Assembly: GCA_041661385.1 (NCBI GenBank) | Contig: JBAZUP010000001.1 | Span: 7,382 to 71,381 of the forward strand | Length of the DNA stretch: 64,000 bases | Reading direction: 5' to 3' | DNA from: Patescibacteria group bacterium | GTDB lineage: Bacteria; Patescibacteriota; Patescibacteriia; Magasanikbacterales; GWA2-37-8 | Shown: positions 57,072-64,000 of the stretch, piece by piece | Numbering within the stretch: the first letter of the stretch is position 1 | How the letters are laid out: each line of letters starts with the position of its first letter | Translations under genes and position numbers: made by a program | The notes under the pieces: model-generated | What the model was told of the DNA's origin: nothing | The model's input: only the letters and a program-made list of their open reading frames with translations | Database searches by the model: none

Positions 57072-58169
57072 ATGCAGCGACCACGAGTAGCCATTATAGG
57101 TGCTGGAATTTTCGGGATTAGTTGCGCTCTAGAGCTTGGAGAAACTTGCCAAGTTACCGTATATGAGCAAAACAGTGAAATTATGCGCGGAGGAACTTAT
57201 GGTAACCAGTATCGGCATCACTTTGGCTATCACTATCCGCGTAGCCCCGAAACCGTACGGCAATGCCAAGAAGCCGAAAAAGATTTTGTTGATCTCTGGG
57301 GCGAAGCGATTATTGGTGACTTTCCCGCCTACTATGCTATTGCTACTGAAGGTTCTAAAATAACGGCAGAGCAGTTCTTTGCTTTTTGTGAATCTCAAAA
57401 ACTTCCGTATGAAATAAGCTATCCGAGTCGGGATTTTTTGGATCGTAGTCATGTGGAGACTTGTGTTAAAACAAAAGAGCCAGTATATAATTATTCCCGT
57501 TTGTGTAAACTGGCTAGTGATAAAATCTTGTCTAATCCGCATATTCAGGTTAAAACGGGGAATACAGTAGTCGGTTGTGAGTTTAGTAAAGTGGATGATA
57601 CAAAGATTGTATTTGTAAAAACGGCGCAAGGAGATACATATCATGACTCGTTTGATTTTGTGATTAATGCAACCTACGCGAATCATAATCAGTTTTGCAA
57701 CTGGCTTGGTTTCGCCGTGCCTCCGATTGAGTTTAGGTTGAAGGAGCTTGTTGTTGTTGAGCTTCCTAAGCCAAAATTTCTTGCGGTAACGGTTATGGAC
57801 GGACCATTTGTGACGCTTGTTCCTATGGGGAAAGAGGGGAGGTATACCTTAGGAGACGTAGCGCGTTCTCTTCATGATGTAAAAATTTCTAATGATGGCC
57901 CGCCTTGGTCAAAAGCGGATATTGCCGGGCGAGTTTCCCGATTTCCTGAAATGCAAGAGAATGATCCGTTTTTTATCCCTGCCATCAAAGACGCTAAGTA
58001 TATCCAATCGATTTATTCAATTTTACCTATTCGCCCTAATTCCGACGCCACAGATGAGCGTATCACCTCGGTTACCAATCATGGACGAGGATGTTGGTCG
58101 GTGTTTGAAGGAAAAATTATTACATGCGTTACCGCCGCAAAAACAATTAAGCGAAATCTGCAAATGTAG
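57072..58169 (+). CDS. FAD-dependent oxidoreductase (DAO-like)
   Basis: IIGAGIFG, NQYRHHFGYHYPRS, VINATY, VMDGPF, GKI. Confidence 0.85.
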   Translation: MQRPRVAIIGAGIFGISCALELGETCQVTVYEQNSEIMRGGTYGNQYRHHFGYHYPRSPETVRQCQEAEKDFVDLWGEAIIGDFPAYYAIATEGSKITAEQFFAFCESQKLPYEISYPSRDFLDRSHVETCVKTKEPVYNYSRLCKLASDKILSNPHIQVKTGNTVVGCEFSKVDDTKIVFVKTAQGDTYHDSFDFVINATYANHNQFCNWLGFAVPPIEFRLKELVVVELPKPKFLAVTVMDGPFVTLVPMGKEGRYTLGDVARSLHDVKISNDGPPWSKADIAGRVSRFPEMQENDPFFIPAIKDAKYIQSIYSILPIRPNSDATDERITSVTNHGRGCWSVFEGKIITCVTAAKTIKRNLQM

Positions 58170-58321
58170 TGGTCGGTGGTTCATTTGCAAAAGCTGGGAG
58201 TTCTGCTAGAATTCATTCCAAAGGACAAACCGAAAAAAACTAAAATGTTGAATCTTGCGAAAAGTGTATTAATTATTAGTAATAGGAATACCTTAGAAAA
58301 ATATTTAATTAATAATTTTGT

Positions 58322-59044
58322 ATGAAAATATTTATCGACAGCGCAGAGGTAAAAGAGGTTGAGAAGTATCTCAGCTGGGGAATCTGTGATGGTGTAACTA
58401 CCAATCCAAGTATTTGTCTGAAATCTGGCGTAAAAGGTGGTGAAGAGGGTATGAAGAAAAGGGCAATCGAGATTGCAAAATTAATTTCACCAAATCCCTT
58501 GAGCGTTGAGGTGACTACCGATAATGAAGCAGAAATACTTGTTCAAGCCAGAAAATATAATGCCTGGGCTGAAAATATTTCCGTGAAGGTGACCATAACT
58601 GATAAAAATGGTGTTGGACTACTTCCTGTGATTTATAAGCTGGTCAGCGAGGGTGTTTCGGTAAATGTAACTGCGATGATGACTTTTAACCAGGCGATTT
58701 TGGCAGCCAAAGCAATTAACGCCGGACTCGCGGTTGCAAAAAATAAAAAGACCCACTTCATCAGTATTTTTGCCGGACGTGTTTCCGAGGAACATGGTGT
58801 AGAACAAGCTCAAAAAGTCCTTAAAGAAGTCAGAGAATGGTTAGATTTTCATAATTATAAAAATATTGAAATAATTGTCGGTTCGGTGCGCACTCCGGAG
58901 AACGTAGAATTATGGAGTAAGAGCGGTGCACACATTCTTACAATACCGCCGGAGGTTATCTCAAAATGTTTGATGTCGGCTCGTACTAAAGAGACTGTCG
59001 TGCAATTTTTAGGCGATGCCAGCAAAGCCCTGCAACAGTTATAA
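58322..59044 (+). CDS. tal: Small-type transaldolase
   Basis: IFIDSA, GVTTNPS, SVEV (Glu), VK Schiff-base Lys, VNVT, SIFAGR (Phe); the Glu/Phe pair indicates transaldolase rather than FSA. Confidence 0.85.
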   Translation: MKIFIDSAEVKEVEKYLSWGICDGVTTNPSICLKSGVKGGEEGMKKRAIEIAKLISPNPLSVEVTTDNEAEILVQARKYNAWAENISVKVTITDKNGVGLLPVIYKLVSEGVSVNVTAMMTFNQAILAAKAINAGLAVAKNKKTHFISIFAGRVSEEHGVEQAQKVLKEVREWLDFHNYKNIEIIVGSVRTPENVELWSKSGAHILTIPPEVISKCLMSARTKETVVQFLGDASKALQQL

Positions 59045-59074
59045 AATTTTGGGTTATTTAGCATATTTTTAAGT

Positions 59075-59104
59075 AAAATAACCTTTTTATAAAAAGGTTA
59101 TTTT
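59075..59104. terminator. Perfect 30-bp palindrome, probable terminator
   Basis: AAAATAACCTTTTTA|TAAAAAGGTTATTTT, 30 bp after the transaldolase stop. Confidence 0.55.
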
Positions 59105-59192
59105 GTTAATCCTTATATGAGAAAAGAGCTTGATTAAGTACGGAAAAAAGAGTAGTATTATCTTACATTTGATAATGAGTTGTTTATAAAAT

Positions 59193-60020
59193 ATGGGAAT
59201 CGGCAATCAAAAAATCTCGGCCTGTATTGTGGTTTATAACGAAGAAAAACTCATTGAACGCTGCCTGAAAAGTATTTATGGATTTGTTGATGAAATAATA
59301 TTGGTGCATGATGGGGAATGTTTAGATAAAACACTGGAAATCGCCAAAAAATATACGGATAAGATATTTATCAGGGAGCATATTGGTATTGCGGAGCCTC
59401 ACCGGAGCTTTAGCTATAGAGAAGCAAAGAACGAATGGATCTTGCAGGTTGATGCCGACGAATATTTTGCGAAAGAGGATCTGGAAAAAATATCGAATTT
59501 ATTGGAAACAGGTATAGCCGACGGCTACTGGATTAAGTGGGAAATGTGGAATGGTAAAGAAGCTGTTCGTATCGATGGTCTAAAGAAAATGGCTTTGTTT
59601 AAAAAAAGCAAAGCCTCAAATCTTGGCATCCCTCAAGTCGCAGTCGCCATTAATGGAAAAACAGAAAATGTTGACATTTTATTACATCACAAACCTCTTA
59701 CTGAAAATATTTCCTGGAAATTTTTTTTAAAAAAGATGAATTATTGGTTGGTATCTAATGTTAAATACTACTTCCCTGAATTGGTTGAATACGAATGTTT
59801 CAATGCCGATATTAATCCGTGGATTGAATATACAAAAAAAGTTCACAAATATCCGTTTTTTTACATATTTTTTTATCCATTGAAGAATTTTTTTGGACAG
59901 TTAAAAAATGGACTGTGGAAGACTCCACTCGGAATAAACATGGCGATACAACAATTTGTATATTATTTTTCTCTATATTCTAGAGTATGGAAAATGGACC
60001 GAAAGTTAAAATCGCACTAG
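59193..60020 (+). CDS. GT2 glycosyltransferase
   Basis: YNEE..IERCL, HDG...DKT, WILQVDADE. Confidence 0.88.
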   Translation: MGIGNQKISACIVVYNEEKLIERCLKSIYGFVDEIILVHDGECLDKTLEIAKKYTDKIFIREHIGIAEPHRSFSYREAKNEWILQVDADEYFAKEDLEKISNLLETGIADGYWIKWEMWNGKEAVRIDGLKKMALFKKSKASNLGIPQVAVAINGKTENVDILLHHKPLTENISWKFFLKKMNYWLVSNVKYYFPELVEYECFNADINPWIEYTKKVHKYPFFYIFFYPLKNFFGQLKNGLWKTPLGINMAIQQFVYYFSLYSRVWKMDRKLKSH

Positions 60021-61159
60021 TTAGAGGTGACAGTCTTAATGAATGGGAGGGTAAGTTGTGGGGAAAGCTACCCCGTAATTTCGACGTAACCGGATTTTGT
60101 TCGGCCAATAATTTGTATGATGCAAAAAGTTTATCATTTCCTGTCAAGACCTTGAGATCGACCGGAGATAATTTTTTTATAAATAATATTTGCAAATATG
60201 GACTGGGAGTCTTTCAAAAAATGTATGGTCTTGAAAATGAATTAAAGGACTTCGAAATAGCTCATACTGCGGAAATTTCGTATTTTTATACTTTACAAGC
60301 TGTCCGCGCCAAAAAAATAAATCCAAAACTAAAAGTTGTCACCACGGTATGGGATAATAGTTTTGGTAGATTTGAGTACAATTATATTTTCGGTTTGAAA
60401 GCACCTCAATTTTGGGTGCAGAAAATGCTGAGAAACATGCAAGAAATAGTCGAAGGCGTGGACATGTTTTTACCAGTAAGCAATTTAAGTGCTGCAACAC
60501 TCACCGATCTTGGTGTAGATCAAAAAAAGATCACGATTCTGACGCCTGCTGTAGATTCTGCCGGCGAACCAAAAAAGAAAATCTCAGATTATGCGCCTCA
60601 CTTGGAAGGAAAACAACCATATTTTATGGTTTGTAGGCTGGTGAAAGAAAAGGGCGTTTACGACGTTTTATATGCATGGAAAATGTTAAAGAAAGAAAAT
60701 AAGGCAGAAGACAAAGTATTATTGATCGTAGGTAAAGGACCAGAAGAACAAAATATGCGTCGTTTGGTTGCGGAATGGCATTTAGAAAAATTGATTATAT
60801 TTTTGGGTTTGATTCCGAACAGTGATCTGAAGTTTTTTTATCGTGATGCTAAGGCGTTGATATTGGCAAGCCTGCCGGGTCCGCTATGGCAAGAGCAATT
60901 TGGTTATGTTATAGCAGAAGCAATCAATCAGGGGTGTCCGGTTGTCAGTACTTATTCGGGAGCTATTCCTGAAGTCATTGGAAACGCTGGTTTGCTTTTT
61001 TCTCCAGGAAATCCAGTGGAGTTAAAAAATTGCTTGAAAAAATTAGATGATGTGAATGTGTACAGACAATTGCAAACGAATTGTGAAACAGTAAAAGAAA
61101 AATTTTTAACTGAAAAATTCGTTTCTAGATTAATAGAAATATATACAAATTTAAAATAA
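59987..61159 (+). CDS. GT4 glycosyltransferase
   Basis: RLVKEKG, VGKGPE, WQEQFGYVIAEA..G.PVV..SGAIPEV. Confidence 0.9.
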   Translation: MENGPKVKIALVRGDSLNEWEGKLWGKLPRNFDVTGFCSANNLYDAKSLSFPVKTLRSTGDNFFINNICKYGLGVFQKMYGLENELKDFEIAHTAEISYFYTLQAVRAKKINPKLKVVTTVWDNSFGRFEYNYIFGLKAPQFWVQKMLRNMQEIVEGVDMFLPVSNLSAATLTDLGVDQKKITILTPAVDSAGEPKKKISDYAPHLEGKQPYFMVCRLVKEKGVYDVLYAWKMLKKENKAEDKVLLIVGKGPEEQNMRRLVAEWHLEKLIIFLGLIPNSDLKFFYRDAKALILASLPGPLWQEQFGYVIAEAINQGCPVVSTYSGAIPEVIGNAGLLFSPGNPVELKNCLKKLDDVNVYRQLQTNCETVKEKFLTEKFVSRLIEIYTNLK

Positions 61160-61163
61160 ACAA

Positions 61164-61841
61164 ATGAAAAATTTCTTAAAATTTTTATCAATATTGAGCC
61201 AAACTGGTCTAAGAACCATATATTTTAATTTTAAATATTTGTCTTTTAATCAGGCAATCCATTTTCCAATTTTGGTTTCACGGAACGCGTTGATGAATAA
61301 AGCAGGCGGAAGAGTTGTTATTAATTGTCCAATTCGTCCCGGGTTAATAAAGATTGGTTATAGCGGTGTTACAATTTTCGATTATAAAAGATCAAAATCG
61401 GTTTGGGATGTTTCTGGGCTTGTGACATTCGGTGGCAAGGCTAATATCGGTCACGGAGCAAAAATATCAGTGGGAGAAAATGGCGAGGTTTATTTTGGGG
61501 AGAATTTTATTTTATCGGCCGAAAGTTCAATCGTCGTAAGTAACAAGAGAGTCGTGTTTGGAAATGACACTCTTCTTTCATGGAATATTCTTGTTATGGA
61601 TACAGATTTTCATGTTATAAGAGATTCCGCAGGCAAAGTTATAAATGAACCAAAGGATATAATATTAGGCTCGCATGTTTGGGTTGGTTGTGGATCTGTT
61701 ATTTTGAAAGGTAGTATCATTCCAAATGATTCCATAATTGCAGCGAACAGCCTTGTATCCGGAGTATTAACTGGAGAAAAGAAAATATTTGGTGGCCAGC
61801 CGGCTAAAGAGCTTAAAAGTGAAGTAATTTGGGAATTATAA
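61164..61841 (+). CDS. Hexapeptide-repeat O-acyltransferase
   Basis: MDTDFH, VWVG....ILKG..I, GQPAK. Confidence 0.85.
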   Translation: MKNFLKFLSILSQTGLRTIYFNFKYLSFNQAIHFPILVSRNALMNKAGGRVVINCPIRPGLIKIGYSGVTIFDYKRSKSVWDVSGLVTFGGKANIGHGAKISVGENGEVYFGENFILSAESSIVVSNKRVVFGNDTLLSWNILVMDTDFHVIRDSAGKVINEPKDIILGSHVWVGCGSVILKGSIIPNDSIIAANSLVSGVLTGEKKIFGGQPAKELKSEVIWEL

Positions 61842-61842
61842 T

Positions 61843-62508
61843 ATGTCAGTTGAGCAGCTTAAGTACAATTTTTCCGACGACCAAACCGGAGTGCATCGAC
61901 TGATTTTGGATAGGATTCCACCAAACAGTCGGGTTCTTGATGTTGGTTGTGCCACTGGTTATCTTGGTCAACGGTTAGTGCTGTCAGGCTGCGAGGTATG
62001 GGGTATTGAGCCGGATAAAACCAGCTATGAACATGCTCTTAATAAAGGATATAAAAATATTATCAATCTCTCTGTTGAAGCCGCGCTGGAAAGTGATATC
62101 ATAAAGAATGAGAAATTCGATAGAATAATCGTTGCTGATGTTTTAGAACACCTAGTTAATCCGATCTTGGTCCTAAATTCGCTGAAGATACATAGTAAAC
62201 CGGACGGAAAAATTTTAGTATCTTTACCAAATATAGCTCATTATTCAATTCGTTTGGCATTATTATTTGGAAAATTTGATATGGTTGACACTGGAATTTT
62301 AGACAAGACCCACCTGCATTTCTACACACTTAAAGCAATGTATAAATTATTGGAAGACGGAGGTTGGAAAATCGAGGAGGTGCGGCCGCGCGGTGATCTT
62401 GAACGCTGGTTCAGGAAGATCGGACTAGAGAAAGTGGGAAAATTTTTTCAATTTATATTTCAAAAAATATTTGCGTACCAATTTATTATTATCGCACGTC
62501 CCTTGTAA
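61843..62508 (+). CDS. Class I SAM methyltransferase (glycan-associated)
   Basis: VLDVGCATG, DVLEHL, SLPN, GILDKTHLHF. Confidence 0.88.
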   Translation: MSVEQLKYNFSDDQTGVHRLILDRIPPNSRVLDVGCATGYLGQRLVLSGCEVWGIEPDKTSYEHALNKGYKNIINLSVEAALESDIIKNEKFDRIIVADVLEHLVNPILVLNSLKIHSKPDGKILVSLPNIAHYSIRLALLFGKFDMVDTGILDKTHLHFYTLKAMYKLLEDGGWKIEEVRPRGDLERWFRKIGLEKVGKFFQFIFQKIFAYQFIIIARPL

Positions 62509-62517
62509 AATTATATT

Positions 62518-63096
62518 ATGAAAAAATTTTTGAGTAATTTATATTATAAATATTTAAATCGCACTGAGTCGCATAATATTGGCTGTGATTATACAAAAAG
62601 AGTTTTAAAGAACAGATTTTTTGAGATTGGTGAATATACTTATGGTATTCCCAAAGTTATCGGTTTTGGTTCAGAAAAAAATCGGTTGGTTATCGGTAAG
62701 TTTTGCTCATTTGGTTCCGATATTCAGATTTTTTTATGTGCAGATCACAGAATTGATTGGGTTACGAGCTACCCGCTTGGTTTATTAAAAGGCGTTATTT
62801 CCAAAGCCGGAGGCAATATCGGCAAGGGTGATATATTGATTGGGAATGATGTTTGGGTGGGAAATAATGCGCTAATTATGTCTGGCGTTAAGATCGGCAA
62901 TGGAGCAGTCATTGGTGCTGGTTCAATTATAACAAAAGATGTTTTGCCATATGAAGTTGTCGCTGGAAATCCGGCTCGGCACATCAAGTTTAGATTCTCA
63001 GAGGAAAAAATTCAGAAATTACTGGAAATGAAGTGGTGGGATTGGTCAATCAAGGAGATAATTTCTAAATCTGATTTTTTAAGTTCTCCTTTCTAA
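62518..63096 (+). CDS. CatB/Vat-related hexapeptide O-acetyltransferase
   Basis: [29 protein letters not shown]-like ITKDV, GNPAR.IK.RF, WWDW. Confidence 0.88.
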   Translation: MKKFLSNLYYKYLNRTESHNIGCDYTKRVLKNRFFEIGEYTYGIPKVIGFGSEKNRLVIGKFCSFGSDIQIFLCADHRIDWVTSYPLGLLKGVISKAGGNIGKGDILIGNDVWVGNNALIMSGVKIGNGAVIGAGSIITKDVLPYEVVAGNPARHIKFRFSEEKIQKLLEMKWWDWSIKEIISKSDFLSSPF

Positions 63097-63116
63097 GTTT
63101 TAGTGATTGATTTTGT

Positions 63117-63809
63117 ATGCTTCATGTTTCGATTATCATCCCAACTTATAATGAAGCCGACAACTTGGAGCCGCTGCTGCAAGAAATTTTTTCGTCAGTT
63201 GATAAAAATCGATTCGATGTCGAGGTTATTATAGTGGATGATAATTCACCCGATGGTACCGGTAGGATTGCCGACCAGCTTTCGGTTCGTTTTCCTCTTC
63301 AGATTATACATCGTTCCAGTAAACTCGGTCTCGGTAGCGCTGTGCGTGAAGGGTTTGCAAAGTCAAAAAGAGATGTTGTTGGAGTAATGGATGCCGATTT
63401 AAGCCATGATCCAAATATAGTTAATAAACTTCTCGGCGAATTGGAAAATGGCGCTGACCTGGTGATCGGGAGTCGTTTTGAAGAGGGAAGCGTGGTAGAA
63501 AAATGGAAATGGTGGCGGAAGGTTATTTCTAAAACGGGTGTTTTTATTACTAAATTTATCACTGGTGTAAATGATCCGCTCAGTGGATATTTTTTTCTGA
63601 GAAAAAAAGTCATTGACGGCGTTGATCTGACAGCGACTGGTTATAAAATTTTGTTGGAAATATTAGTTAAAGGAAATCACGGACCAGTGAAGGAGGTTCC
63701 GTTCCGCTTTAGAATTCGACTTCATAGTACAAGTAAGCTTAGCGCGGTCGAATACTGGCTATTTTTTCAGCAGATTATTGCTTATGGTTGGTATAAGTTA
63801 TTTAGATAG
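63117..63809 (+). CDS. Polyprenol-phosphate mannose synthase-like GT2
   Basis: PTYNE, DDNSPDGT, GLGSA, MDADLSHDP, GSRF, DPLSG. Confidence 0.9.
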   Translation: MLHVSIIIPTYNEADNLEPLLQEIFSSVDKNRFDVEVIIVDDNSPDGTGRIADQLSVRFPLQIIHRSSKLGLGSAVREGFAKSKRDVVGVMDADLSHDPNIVNKLLGELENGADLVIGSRFEEGSVVEKWKWWRKVISKTGVFITKFITGVNDPLSGYFFLRKKVIDGVDLTATGYKILLEILVKGNHGPVKEVPFRFRIRLHSTSKLSAVEYWLFFQQIIAYGWYKLFR

Positions 63810-63810
63810 T

Positions 63811-64000
63811 ATGTTGAAATTAAAAAAAATTATCCAAAATAACTGGCAGCTGTCGTCGGTTTTTTTTGTTTCTGTGATTTTATTATTATGGAATATTTCC
63901 GGACGCACCTTCTGGATGGATGAAACGGCGGTTTTGTTATATTTGAAGTATCCAGTAATCGACTTCATTAAATATTATTGGACCATCCCAGATAATCATC
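63811..64000 (+). CDS. Start of a GT-C (PMT/ArnT-like) membrane glycosyltransferase, 3' truncated
   Basis: Hand translation MLKLKKIIQNNWQLSSVFFVSVILLLWNISGRTFWMDETA...DNH shows a TM helix followed by a WxDE motif. Confidence 0.65.
   Translation, partial: MLKLKKIIQNNWQLSSVFFVSVILLLWNISGRTFWMDETAVLLYLKYPVIDFIKYYWTIPDNH

Noticed and set aside
62518-63096. Chloramphenicol/streptogramin resistance gene
   Set aside because: Family resemblance only; operonic with glycosyl- and methyltransferases, so sugar O-acetylation is more likely.
1-64000. Alternative genetic code (UGA=Gly) as in Gracilibacteria/Absconditabacteria
   Set aside because: Conserved genes are full length under code 11, and TGA ends ybeY, ftsA and gmd at the expected positions.

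Overview
AT-rich bacterial chromosome segment. Gene content and style (tight spacing, mostly no Shine-Dalgarno motifs, TSP3-repeat membrane proteins, ECF sigma/DUF5667-like pair, S-layer-like protein) point to a Patescibacteria (CPR, Parcubacteria/ABY1-like) genome using code 11; this taxonomy is inferred. 1-7.1 kb: end of a Gly-rich surface protein, two TSP3-repeat membrane proteins, then ybeY-dgkA-ftsA-ftsZ-nrdR. 7.2-12.9 kb: glyA, a eukaryote-type pyrimidine 5'-nucleotidase, Elp3 head-to-head with a Trm9/ALKBH8-like methyltransferase, and a GT4. 12.9-22.7 kb: a leader-peptide attenuator, a GC-rich orphan, EamA, a glycoside hydrolase, tRNA-Val(TAC), an amino-acid permease, an HTH protein with an operator-like array, and an ECF sigma/anti-sigma pair. 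22.9-64 kb: a 1222-aa S-layer-like protein, an O-antigen-ligase/TPR oligosaccharyltransferase, and about 35 kb of glycan genes (CDP-3,6-dideoxy/branched sugar, GDP-colitose/fucose, heptose or octose pathway, GTs, methyl- and acyltransferases). Most notable: (i) a three-copy family of 350-630 bp non-coding, quasi-palindromic modular elements with covarying stems and a fixed central dyad; (ii) an Elp3 + Trm9-like + cN-III cluster suggesting eukaryote/archaea-type mcm5U wobble modification; (iii) a two-copy structured motif abutting sugar-operon start codons; (iv) a four-segment attenuator; (v) a GTATAC-N6-GTATAC array. All assignments come from motif recognition by eye; no searches were run.
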